Of a stretch of DNA of 64,000 nucleotides, positions 25,885 to 38,584 are shown one piece after another (position 1 is the stretch's first letter; the number at the start of each line of letters is the position of its first letter). The notes below the pieces were generated by a model, which saw only the letters and a program-made list of their open reading frames with translations, was not told the origin of the DNA and ran no database searches. The DNA is taken from assembly GCF_009914755.1 (NCBI RefSeq), contig NC_060928.1. One strand, 5' to 3'. The stretch comes from the human T2T-CHM13v2.0 reference genome, Homo sapiens. Made by a program: the position numbers and the translations under genes.

Positions 25885-26665
25885 AAGATGAGGTTTGGCA
25901 AGTTGGTGGAGACACTGAAACTCTCATACATTGTTGGTGAGAATAGAAAATTATTCACCCACTGTGAAAAAGTCTAGCAATTCCTCAAAAGTTTACACAT
26001 ATATTTACCACATAATTCAATAATTGCCTTTCTAGGCATATACCCAAGAAAAATAAAAACATGTCTACAGAAAGCATGTACATCAATGTTAATCAACGCT
26101 ATTCATAATGGCCAAAAGTGGAAGAAAAACAATGTCCGTACACTGATAAATGAATAAATAAATTGTGTTTATAAGTAGCATCTGATACTATTTGGCAATA
26201 AAAATGTGAACGCTATTTATAATGGCCAAAAGTGGAAGAAAATCAATGTCTATCCACTGAAAAATGAATAAATAATTTCTGCTTATAAGTAGCATCTGAT
26301 AAAAAGCAATAAAAATGAAATCCTTATATACACTATTCTATGGATGGTCCTTTAAAAACATTAAACTAAATAAAAGTAGCCAGCCACAAAAGACCACATA
26401 TTATATAGTTTCATTTATTTTTAAAAAGATCCTGAATAGGCATATTTGTAGAGGCAGAAATTAGATTACTGGTTGCCCAGTACAGTGTGGGTGCAGAAAT
26501 TCAGGTGGGGAGATGACAGTTAATATACAGGATTTTTTTTTTTTTTAGATAAAACTGATTGCTATGTTGGATGCACAAGTCTGTGAATTTACTAGGAAAT
26601 ATTTAATTTTAAATAATCATTCATGAATCATATGGTATGTGAATTATACTTCAACAAAGTTTTAC
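25885..26665 (+). mobile_element. Old L1M 3' fragment between the relic exon and the UGT2B10 promoter
   Basis: 'aactctcatacattgttggtgagaat', 'aaagaccacatattatatagtttcattta', 'tatggtatgtgaattatacttcaacaaag'. Confidence 0.7.
26095..26317 (+). repeat. Tandem duplication, ~114-bp unit x2
   Basis: 'aacgctatt(c/t)ataatggccaaaagtggaagaaaa..aatgaataaataa..ttataagtagcatctgata..gcaataaaaatg' begins at 26095 and at 26209. Confidence 0.9.
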
Positions 26666-26880
26666 AAAATATTCCTTGAACCAAGATATTCAAAAATTCT
26701 ATTTGCATTGTATAATTACTTCATCTCTCATTCTGTGTCAAGGGGCCTGCAGGACTCTCTCACTTGCCACTGTTCTTGACACTATTATAAAATACATTAT
26801 ATAAAACACGATATTTGCAAGGTCATTAAACTTAGGTGGATGACACCAAATATAAACATAAAAGAAACATCAAACATCCT

Positions 26881-27007
26881 TGAGTAAATATGAAGTAATC
26901 GAACTTTGTCTCCTTGCCATCCATGTACTCAGGATGCTCATATAATGTATTTACTTTGAATTGAAGGAGTTATGTTTTAACTTGATTGATTTTTCTCTGT
27001 ATATAAG
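26881..27007 (+). promoter_or_regulatory. UGT2B10: UGT2B10 proximal promoter: FOXA-like, HNF1-like, PBX-like sites and TATA
   Basis: tgagtaaata at 26881, GTTATGTTTTAAC at 26969-26981 (HNF1-like), TTGATTGAT at 26982-26990, tatataa at ~27000. The same arrangement is known from UGT2B7/2B17 promoters. Confidence 0.7.
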
Positions 27008-27055
27008 TATGAGAAAGAAACAGTGACTGGAAAAGAATTATCACATTGCACAAGG

Positions 27056-27773
27056 ATGGCTCTGAAATGGACTACAGTTCTGCTGATACAACTCAGTTTT
27101 TACTTTAGCTCTGGGAGTTGTGGAAAGGTGCTGGTATGGGCCGCAGAATACAGCCTTTGGATGAATATGAAGACAATCCTGAAAGAACTTGTTCAGAGAG
27201 GTCATGAGGTGACTGTACTGGCATCTTCAGCTTCCATTCTTTTTGATCCCAACGACTCATCCACTCTTAAACTTGAAGTTTATCCTACATCTTTAACTAA
27301 AACTGAATTTGAGAATATCATCATGCAATTGGTTAAGAGATTGTCAGAAATTCAAAAAGATACATTTTGGTTACCTTTTTCACAAGAACAAGAAATCCTG
27401 TGGGCAATTAATGACATAATTAGAAACTTCTGTAAAGATGTAGTTTCAAATAAGAAACTTATGAAAAAACTACAAGAGTCAAGATTTGACATCGTTTTTG
27501 CAGATGCTTATTTACCCTGTGGTGAGCTGCTGGCTGAGCTATTTAACATACCCTTTGTGTACAGTCACAGCTTCAGTCCTGGCTACTCATTTGAAAGGCA
27601 CAGTGGAGGATTTATTTTCCCTCCTTCCTACGTACCTGTTGTTATGTCAAAATTAAGTGATCAAATGACTTTCATGGAGAGGGTAAAAAATATGCTCTAT
27701 GTGCTTTATTTTGACTTTTGGTTCCAAATATTTAATATGAAGAAGTGGGATCAGTTTTACAGTGAAGTTTTAG
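27056..27773 (+). CDS. UGT2B10: UDP-glucuronosyltransferase 2B10, exon 1 (718 nt; signal peptide and aglycone-binding domain)
   Basis: [39 protein letters not shown]...DQFYSEVL-G|gtaag. Leu34 and the VWAAEYSLW motif are diagnostic of UGT2B10. Confidence 0.97.
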
Positions 27774-29064
27774 GTAAGATTTTTTTCAGTTAGTAACATG
27801 AAGCTCTAACTTATTTGTGTCTTTGAAGCACAACTTGCATAAAGCCATAAAGTCAGGGAAGTGGAGTTTTTGATAAATGAATTTATGAAATGAAAATACA
27901 AGATGATCTACCAATCTCACAAATATTATAGAAAAGCTTAAATTATGGGGTCAGTGAAAACGCTGTGACCATCACTCATACAGAACACCCCAGGAAATCA
28001 TAAACCTATATATTAGTACACCTAAGACTTTAAGCAATTATATATCTGTTTTACTATAGAATGTTTCAGATCTTAAAAACAGCAAGATCCGTCAAGTAAC
28101 ATCTAACCGAATGCATAGATTTAGAATGAGTAATTACACATTTTTCTACAACTATCTATATAACTGCAGAAAGTTTTCCTTCTAAATCTCAGTTGTCTTA
28201 TTTAGAAATTAAAAGATGTTCCCATGTTACCAGGAGGTTGTCTTCACAGTAGAGAGAGATAATGTCTATATCTCAGATGCAAAAATCAATAAGGGTAATT
28301 TGAAGTTTCAAATGTTTCTATACTCCTTCACTAAATAATTGGAAATCTTTTATTTAAAGTCCAATCATCTTGTTGAAGTGTGAAGGTTGTTATATCTATA
28401 TAGTTTATTTGAAACTATGTCTCTTTATTTAAAAATACGAGACTGATTATGGTCGAGTACAGATCTCTATTTCAATAATTTCTCAAAAATTTCTAGCTAT
28501 AATTTACAAATATTTTTACTTAATATTATTAAGATCTTAGCTTGGATCCAAATGAGTAGTTGGTACAATGATTTCAGCCATACTCACAAAATAGTCCACA
28601 GTTAACTTGAAGAACCAAAGATAAAAGGATTAGCTTAATGAGTTGTGTAAACTAGACTATTTGTTAGAAAATTGTTTCTATGGTTACTGTAGAATTAATT
28701 GATTATGGAGCTCAAAGATTTGTTTAAATATCTAGAGGCTACTATTGAAGCTTTAAAGAGAAAATAAATTGATGTTTAATTCTCTATGACTTATTTTAAT
28801 AATTGTGAGTATACTGACATGACATTAGAGATGTAGCTTAACCTCATAATTCTCCCACTACTTTGCCTTTCTTATAAATAAACAAGGGCAAAATATAGAA
28901 TACATAAAAAATAAATTATTCCTATATATGAATATATGTACATATTTTTCAAAGCACACAAACTTTACCAACATTTTTGCCTGCATTATTCTAACCCCTT
29001 TCAGAAAATTACATAAAGTAATTATCTTATGTCATCCACTTCTTCTTTTCTTTATTCCTATCAG

Positions 29065-29213
29065 GAAGACCCACTACATTATCTGAGACAATGAGGAAAG
29101 CTGACATATGGCTTATGCGAAACTCCTGGAATTTTAAATTTCCTCATCCATTCTTACCAAATGTTGATTTTGTTGGAGGACTCCACTGCAAACCTGCCAA
29201 ACCCCTACCTAAG
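29065..29213 (+). CDS. UGT2B10: UGT2B10 exon 2 (149 nt)
   Basis: tcag|GA AGA CCC...[49 protein letters not shown]|gtaaac. Confidence 0.97.
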
Positions 29214-32200
29214 GTAAACATACTTTCGTTGGTTTTATTTTGTTGGCTTCAAATTTCAGTAGAAATGACTCTATAGTCTTCATTCAGAGTGTTTGACTAA
29301 CACTGAAAAAGATGGGAAGTAGGTGGGGTAAAGCAGATACCAATTAGAAACTCATGTACATGTTAATACCATCACACGTATGTGAGTTTTATGCATGTTA
29401 CAAATAGAGAGGAATACTAAAGAAACTTTGAAAATAGGTTTGGTTAAATTAAAGTCTTGATTATGCAACACCTAAGAAGGTATTGGTCATTCATTCAAAG
29501 AATATTTACAAAGAGATTATCACAAAACACAGGTAAGTGCACAATTTTCAGAGAAAAAAAATAGACACAGTTTCTGTCCCTACATACCTTACATTCTACT
29601 TTGAAATATAGAATATAAGTAAGTAATGAATATTATATAAAAACTATTATCTCAAGAAAAAACCCAATGCTAAGAAAGCATCAGTGGAGATAATAGAAAG
29701 TATCCTGGAGTCACTGATGAGTACGATGAGAGCTGAACAATATGCAGGAATAGGGAAAAGAATGGTGGGGAGAGACAGACAAAAAGGGAAAGCAGATAAA
29801 GTGGTCAGGACAGTTCTCAAGTCCTCAGGTTTAGTTTGCAGGGAATGATTAAGAATCAGATGACGCTAAAAGGTAAATTAGAGCCAGATATGTATTAGGA
29901 GTTGAAATATTTATTAAGAACATTGAAAACATCCTAAAAAGAGTTCAGAAATAAGGATATATGAAATGATTCTTTTTATAAGAAAAGCCTCCAAGATATT
30001 CAATGGATTAAATTGCAGAAGGGCCAGACTGTAAAGACCGAAACATTCAGGAAATTTTCCATGGATTCAGGTAGCAGATGATGAAAAAGTGGACTACACT
30101 GTTGATAGAAATAATTATGCCTACATTTACAAAAATAGTGCCAACTTCATATTGTGTTGTGTGGAAAAAAATATTAACACAGACAAAACACTTAAAATGT
30201 CTCTGGCATATAGTCAGTGACTCAGAAATGTTATTAATTTTGCAATTATGGTTATTTTATTACTAATACTACTAACTACTTAACATGTGCATGTCACTTG
30301 AGATATCATTCCTCATTTAAGAGAACCAGATTATTCAGCACATCAAGGTTATATTGTCTTGGAAAGTCATAGATGACAGATACCCTTGGACTTGATTAAA
30401 AGTAGACATATCAGTTGTGACAGCAAGATAAGCTAGTTGAAATTTTAAAATTCTTCCATAAGTAATAAGGATCTTCACCAGTATTCCAGCTTAAAACACT
30501 TCCTCAACAATATAAATGTGTGCCTCAAATATGTGCAGACAAACACAGGGTTCACATGATTTTAATAAAGCATTTAAATCATTCTGCATTGAGATCCCAG
30601 AATTTTACATTTTAGAGCATAAACATATCCTATTAGAGCAGATGATTTCTGCCTTATGACAGGCCACTCAATAAAGCTTCCTGGGGGAACTCGTCTTGAC
30701 ATCATAGGTATCTGACAGAGAAGCACAGAGATAATGAACAATGCATGTATAATAAAGACCAAATAATTTCTGCCACTTGTTTCTGAATAGTGCCCTTAGT
30801 TTCAATACGAAAAAAAATTCCGTCAGCATATAAGATTATATTCTTTTCGAAGGAATACAAGAACTTCATATATTTTAATTAACATCACATTTTAAGGCAT
30901 ATGTAAAAAGTAAGGCTTCTTCAATGGATTATTATGCAATCTCTTAAAAGATCATTTTTGCTTGCATAAAACTGAGAATTTGTTCCATTGTTAAAACTCA
31001 GTATCTATGTTTAATGCAAGTTGTATAGGCTTTATAGAGTCAGTTTCTTAAGAGACAAAAGTTGAGGTAAGACTAATGAAAAATATATACCACTCTACCC
31101 TACTCTTGAAAGATTTCCCCACTCACACTAAGGGAAACTGACAGTGCCAGTAGAAGGAGGAAGAGAGTAAGACAATGTAGAAGGACAAGAAAAAAAGGTT
31201 GACTGGTAGTACAATAGTGGTAATAACTAATACTAGCTCTTGTTATTAACTTGCAGAAAGCATTGAATGAAAGTCAATGGTTGTGAAACCAGTTCTTTAA
31301 TTGTTTATTATGTAAAATATTTGCTAAGCCAGGTTGCTTTCTTTTCAATTATATATTAGATTCTCAGATAATTTCTATATATTTTAAGAGAATAAGACAC
31401 TTGACAAAATGTATCAGGTGTTTTAAAAATACATATTGTTATTAGTTTTATAATATAGTCATGTGAAATCATAAAAAAATTAATCAAGGTGTACCTTTTA
31501 AACATTATGGAAAATATTCACAAAATTAACATTGGAATTAATCCAACATGTTACATGAAATAATGATTAGAAACATATGCCTACAATAGCACTAAAATAA
31601 TTTTATCAATGAAATGTTCAATTATGCTGTCAGCCATAATACACATACAGTGAATAAGAAAATTATAAATATAACACGATGGCAAATTTTTGCAGGAGGA
31701 AATGTATATAAAATGAGATTAAAATTTTCTAAATAAGTGTCATGTATGTACATTGACCTATATAAGTAGGGCAAAATCCATAATAAAAAATACATAATTT
31801 CTATAAATAATATCTCTAGATAGAAATTTTAGAAAAAATTATTTTTAAAAAACTTTTCTTACTGTTATAAAATTTCTTACATTAACTTTGTAGTATTTTT
31901 ATAACATTATCACAAAAGGAGAAACAACCAGTCAATATCAGTGATGAATCTCTACACAGAGGTTAGATTCCTTCAACACTGCATAGAAAAACAAGGCTCT
32001 GGCATCAAGCCAGTAAGATGAAACACTGAACACGAGTTACATTAAATGTGGCTACAGGTAACTGCAATCACACACAATACCTAGATGCCCCAAGTATTAT
32101 GTGGAATAGTAGTACAGGGACTCTCACGTTAACTTAAGATTACAAATCACATTTTAAAAAACGTTCTGCCATATGTGGTGCACAGTTTACACTTAGACAC

Positions 32201-33305
32201 ATTTTTTCTATGTTTTGTTAAAAACCACTGGGGAAAGTTTTACCCCAATGATTAAATCTGAAAGTATTTAAATTTATATATTGGCATACATTGGGGAACT
32301 CAAGTCAGAATAATTCTCAATCAATTGCAGCCAAGCACATCTTCACCAGGAGTGTAATGTGGTGTGCGTGAGCTACTCAAAAGAGAGACAAGATCCCCCT
32401 GAAGAAAGGCCTGGTGGCCTCTCCTATTCTGGTGCAAGTGCTGCCTCTGAGACACAACAAAGTGATGATGAGAGTTCCTCACATGCAGTTAGAAATAGCA
32501 CATCAATTTAACAGTGTGATTTCAGGGCAATACGTGCTCCACCTAAACAATAACCTGAAAGGTACAATTATTCAACTACTAACTATAAACTGTACAATTC
32601 TGTATTATAAATGAGACTCTAAGGACTGATTCATAAATATTCCAAATCACAATACTAGACTCCAGAATGTCAGTGATTCTTAACCCCCAGCTTTTATTTT
32701 TTATTTTATTTTTTGAAAAACTACTGGAAAACTCTGACAAATTTTAAGTGAAGCAAAAAGCATTGTAGAGTAACGTAAATGTAGATATAAAATTATCCCA
32801 ACTGTGAGTAGCTTTTCCTCAGTACTCATAGTTAGGGAAGTAAACCACTAATGGCTTCAAACTAAAAGAATTCTACAGAAAACCTGCCTGAAATAAACAC
32901 AAGTGATTTAGTAGAACAAAAATATAGAATTAAACCCTAGTGGTGCCACTTTTCCAAGGACTTATAGTAGCAATTATAGTATTATAAGTGAAGATCTGGG
33001 TATATGTTTTAACATTATCTCCCTGACTACAATGTAATAGCTCCTTTTCTTTTCTCCATTACACACATACAGACACATACCTACATACACACACATATTT
33101 ACACAAATATCCTTAACAGAGGCCAACTATCTCATACATCTTCTTGCAAAGAAACAGTGATTGAGTCAGTTAAAAAATATTATTTACTCCAATAATTCCT
33201 CAAAATACTTGATTTTCTCTCTTTAATATTTTGTACCAATTCTTTCGGTAGTGCCTGCTGTGGTGATACTCTTTTATGATAAAACATTTTTTCTTTTTCC
33301 CACAG

Positions 33306-33437
33306 GAAATGGAGGAGTTTGTACAGAGCTCTGGAGAAAATGGTGTTGTGGTGTTTTCTCTGGGGTCAATGGTCAGTAACATGACAGAAGAAAGGGCCAA
33401 CGTAATTGCAACAGCCCTTGCCAAGATCCCACAAAAG
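33306..33437 (+). CDS. UGT2B10: UGT2B10 exon 3 (132 nt)
   Basis: cacag|[44 protein letters not shown]|gtaag. Confidence 0.97.
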
Positions 33438-34260
33438 GTAAGATAAAGTGCCTTACTGGTGTGGAAAACTACTGAAAGAGGCTGTTAAAGTTTGTGATCT
33501 ACATAGAAAGAATATTAAAGAGTAGACTGAACTATTTATAGCTGAATACAACCTTAAATATGCTTGTATAGCATCCACTGACAGAAGTAATAGTTGTGCC
33601 TCAGACTTAGTGATTACATGTGGCCCTGGGGTAGTTACTACCCTTGGTATGCATGAGTGATTCCTATTAGCATCAGTGGGAACTCAGTACTCCATATGTA
33701 TCCACAAAAGGGAACTTGAGACCCACAATTACTTTTAATTTCTGATGTTAACAGTCATACCTACTGCTGAATTTAACTCAATATATTTCAGTTAAGTGAA
33801 AATGGTGCTTAATGTAGTCTTTAGAATGACTTTCAGGTGTTTTCAACTAAAAATATATATCCAGAACTGTGTTCTTGTAGAAATACAAGTAAGATTTATG
33901 ATAATTTTCTTCAAAAGAGTTTTCCTAATCTCAGCAGTATCCAATGGGTGAAGAACACTTGACTAACTCTTGGGCCACCTCTATTACTTATTGTACTCTG
34001 GAAGCCCTTGGTGAATGTTTACAATTAAGGAATGTAGTATTTCTGTTTGTACTTTAAGTCAAATGCTTATATGAAATATGTGGCAACAAATAGAGAAGAC
34101 TGGCTCTGGTGGTCATTATGCAGTATATACTCTATTTAAGGATCAGTGGTAGTATAGCATGATTGAATGTCATTAATATAGGAATAATAACTGGCATATG
34201 TGGAGAGTAGGGGAGTAAAAAGAATGAATTCCAGTCCTGTGATTAAAAGTGTAAACTATA

Positions 34261-34548
34261 GGATGGGCATGGTGGTTCGCGCCTGTAATCCCAGCACTTT
34301 GGGAGGCCAAGGCGGGCGGATCACGAGGTCAGGAGGTCGAGATCACCCTGAACGATATGGTGAAACCACATCTCTACTAAAGATACAAAAAATTAGGCAG
34401 GAGTGGTGGTGTGTGCCTGTAACCCCAGCTATTCAGGAGACTGAGGCAGGAGAATCCCTTGAACCAAGGAGGCGGAGGTTGCAATGAGGCAAGATCACAA
34501 CATTGCACTCCAGCCTGGGCTACAGGGCCACACTCTGTCTCAAAAAAA
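34261..34548 (+). mobile_element. AluS in intron 3
   Basis: Full two-arm Alu, 'gcggatcacgaggtcaggag', flanked by aaaagt(g)taaacta TSD-like sequence. Confidence 0.92.
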
Positions 34549-36364
34549 GTAAACTAGTAAACTAGAGACTCTACTGTAGTATATTTCAGGACCTAGAAGT
34601 TTTACTTTTATAAACATGGTGCCTGGAAGATGTCACTAATGTATTTTACTTCAGCATAGGGAACAAACTTTTTAAGTATATTAATAAATATTCCTGTATG
34701 GTAAGTTTTTAAAATTTTTTAAAATAAACTTTATGAATATGACAAATAAAAAAGAAAGTTCGGGCCTAAAAATTAGAGCTTTTGGGAAAGCACTAATTAT
34801 CTCAGATATTAGTTCAAAATCAAAAATATACATGGATGATGCTATAATAATAGGCTGTTTTTCATTGATAATAAGTTTGGCATTAATAATATGACCAGGA
34901 ATAAATTTATTTAAGAAATGTAGATGAAGTATCGATATTATCATGTTATTGGGATCAGGTAAGAGTTATCACCAAATTCTGCCCCTGTCATTTGACCCTT
35001 TTGTTTAAGAATTCCTGAGGGCACTGTACACACTACAGATGTTATCAGAAAAAGTTACGTTTTAATGGGTGACTTCAGTAGCACAATAACAATAGCAGGT
35101 ATTTCAAAAAGTCTGACATGCATCATGCAGTTTAGGTTTGCCATATTATCCAGCCTCAGATACTTCCTCTACATTTTGGCATAGGCCTATCTGAATGATG
35201 TTCAGGCTACTATTCAGAGAAAGAGTGGCCTAGGCCAACAGACAACTAGTCCAAGTACCCACACAACCAGGTAGATTTAGAGAAAGAGAAAAAGCAGCTT
35301 GCCCTGCTGGACTGGGCCCAGCCAATATCTGAAGCAGGCAGGTGAAAAGGAAAAGGTGCAGATGGATCCTGACCTGAAGGTGGATCCTGTCCAGTATAAA
35401 ATGTGGCCCCACAAGGACTCAGCACTAATTACCAGATTAACAACCCCTCCCAATGGACGCAGCAGAAGGAAATATAGGAAGGAGACAAACAGAAGGAAGC
35501 CAGGCAGGGGAACAGGTTCAGATGCCCCCTCCATAGAACATAGTAGGAATATATTTTCTTCTATATAGAATAAACCAGTGACCTTTGTCCATTTGTCAAT
35601 TACTTTCTAATTTCCTATCTGATAAAGCTTTCTTGTAATGGCCTCTAAATTTTGCTTAAACCTGAGTTACTTTAACAGTGATGTAGCAAATAAAATTAAA
35701 CACTGTAAATTATTGTTCAGTTTATGAGGATTGCTTTGGAGTTTCAAAATTAGTAACAACATAAAAATGTCTTGGCTATAGAAGAACATATTAATCACTG
35801 TTGTCAAAGCTTTGTAGCACCTTGTCTAAGTGTTAATAATCTGTTGACCAAATTCAGCAAAATACAATTTTGAGGTTATTCAAAAGCTTTATTTTTATTC
35901 ATGATACCAACATGTTCCTTATTTCTATGCCAAAAAAATCCAAAATTAGCAATACTGGTTGGTAATACTCTGAATTTGTGTCAAAAATTGTCACTTGAAA
36001 TTTTTCTTGGAAGTAGTGCTTGATAATTTGTAATTCCAATGAAGTTATACATAAAACCCTTGCAGCATTTATTTATTTCTTGTAGTAGCTTATTTTATAG
36101 ACTTGCTATTTTGTCAATCAAAGGACAACAGGCTGTAATATAATAACTTACAGACAAGTAGATATATTGAAACTACTCATATTACTCAAAAAGAAACGAA
36201 TACATTACAATTAAATTTGGAGATGAAAACTAACATAAAATACATAAAACAAAATAAACATATAGGTCATTACTAAATTGTTACTTTTTTTTATACCAGA
36301 ATTACAATGACTCCCTATAATTTTTTATACTTTTTTTATAATATTTTTATTTTTTTAATTAAAT

Positions 36365-37175
36365 TAACTTTTATTTTTAACTTTTATTTTAAGTTCAGGA
36401 GTACATGTGCAGGTTTTTTACATAGGGAAACTTGTGTCATGGGGGTTTGTTGTACTGATTGTTTCATCACCCACGTATTAAGACTAATATTCATTTATTA
36501 TTTTTCCTGATCCTCTCTTTCCTCCCATCCTCCACCTTCCAATACATCTCAGTGTATGTTGTTGCCTTCTATGTGTACATGTGTTCTCATCTTTTAGCTT
36601 CCACTCATAAGTGAGGACTTGTTACACTTGGATTTCAATTCCTATGTTAGTTTGCTAAGGCTAATGGCCACCAGCTCAATCCTTATCCCTGCAAAATACA
36701 TATTTTTATTCTTTTTATGGCTGCATAATATTCTGTAGTGTATATATACCATATTTTCTTTATTCAGTCCATAATTGATGGTCATTTAGGTTGATTTCAT
36801 GTCCTTGCTATTGTGAATAGTAGTGCAACTAACATATAGTTTCATGGATCTTTATGACAGAACAAGTTATAGTCCTTTGGTTATATACCTAGTAATGGGA
36901 TTGCTGGGTTTCATGGTATTTTTGCCTCTAGGTTTTTGAGGAATCACCACACTGTCTTCCACAATGATTGAACTAACTTACATTCCAACCAACAGAGTAT
37001 AAGCATTCCTTTTCTATACAACCTCGCCAACATCATGATATTTTTTGAGTTTTTAATAATGGCCATTCTGACTGGTGTGCGATGTTATCTCATTGTGGTT
37101 TTGATTTGAATTTCTCTAATGATGTGTGATGTTAAACTTTTTTTCTTCGATGGTTAGCCGCAGGTAGTTCTTCTT
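36365..37175 (-). mobile_element. L1PA (older subfamily) 3' end in intron 3
   Basis: T-rich tail, then 'aagttcaggagtacatgtgcagg', 'gaggaatcaccacactgtcttccacaatg'. Confidence 0.85.
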
Positions 37176-37445
37176 TTAAAAAGTATAAAAATTTTCTAAA
37201 TACTTGAACTTTTCATTGATAATCTTATTTTTCTAAGGTATTACTTTGGAAAATAATGGTTTCTTATATACCTAAATCATTATAAAAGTTCAGAAAATAA
37301 AATGTGGTTATTCTTTTTGCATCAGTCTTTGAGTAGATTTATTTACTAACATCCCTTGATTTCATTTCTACTCTTTTTACAGTTCTAACATTTTATAACT
37401 TTTGAGTTCCACTCGTGGAATAAGATATTCTCTTTACTGTAACAG

Positions 37446-37533
37446 GTTCTTTGGAGATTTGATGGGAATAAACCAGATGCCTTAGGTCTCAATACTCGAC
37501 TGTACAAGTGGATACCCCAGAATGACCTTCTAG
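37446..37533 (+). CDS. UGT2B10: UGT2B10 exon 4 (88 nt)
   Basis: aacag|[30 protein letters not shown]|gtaac. Start of the UGT signature motif. Confidence 0.97.
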
Positions 37534-38364
37534 GTAACACTCTGGTGAACAATACTGGATATATTAGTAACTGCACATTAGAGTGTTAATAGTTCATCTC
37601 GAAGCATGCTTATTGAATATTTGTTATAGGAAAACAAAAAAGAACTTCTTTATATTTATTTTCCAGTCCTAGGGGAAAAGAATATGTTATAATTGTTGGC
37701 ATTTTGTGATACACACTCACATTCTTTGTGGTCAGAATCAGAGGTAATCTTTATTTCAGGTGCTATTATATCTCACAGAATTTTTCAATATCTTCCTGGG
37801 CTGTCCCTCTGTCTCCTGTTTCTACAACTTTACACCTGTTTTCTCCTCTCCTGCAGGGTTATTTCAAATGCCACTAAATATAATAGCTCTTCTATCACCA
37901 GTGACTGTATTTTCTGGAGGACTAAATTCCTAATCTTAAAGTAATGACACATTTCATGATGAAGTGTGACCTGTCTTTCCTCAATCTTAGCACCACCACC
38001 AACCCACTGCCTGCTGCCTTGCACACCCCACATATCACACTCTGTGACTGTACTTAGAATAACACTTCATTTCATGCCCATCTCTTTGCTGTCCTCTTTT
38101 GTGCACATTTTAAAAATCTAGAATGCTCTTTTTCATTAGTCCAACTGGAAATCTTGTATTAAGTTTTGCAGTCTGAAGTCACACCACCATATAGCCTTCA
38201 GTTACATCTCCAACACAAGTACCTGTTTTTTCCTCTGAAATCTGAAAAGTAATAGCAAATTAGTTCAGTGTGTTATCTAGAAAACACTGTCACTTTCAGA
38301 GCCTTTCATTGTGCATCTCATTTTATTCCTATGAATAATTTTGCTAAAATTCATCCAATCCTAG

Positions 38365-38584
38365 GTCATCCAAAAACCAGAGCTTTTATAACTCATGGTG
38401 GAGCCAATGGCATCTATGAGGCAATCTACCATGGGATCCCTATGGTGGGCATTCCATTGTTTTTTGATCAACCTGATAATATTGCTCACATGAAGGCCAA
38501 GGGAGCAGCTGTTAGAGTGGACTTCAACACAATGTCGAGTACAGACCTGCTGAATGCACTGAAGACAGTAATTAATGATCCTTC
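38365..38584 (+). CDS. UGT2B10: UGT2B10 exon 5 (220 nt)
   Basis: ctag|[41 protein letters not shown]...INDP-TC|gtgagt. UDP-sugar-binding signature. Confidence 0.97.

Noticed and set aside
27023-27055. 11-aa N-terminal extension in the ORF track
   Set aside because: Starts at GTG in the 5'UTR. The real start is ATG 27056, followed by the signal peptide.
38268-38364. In-frame open extension upstream of exon 5
   Set aside because: Intronic. The best upstream AG (38298-38299) is 65 nt away and would shift the frame.
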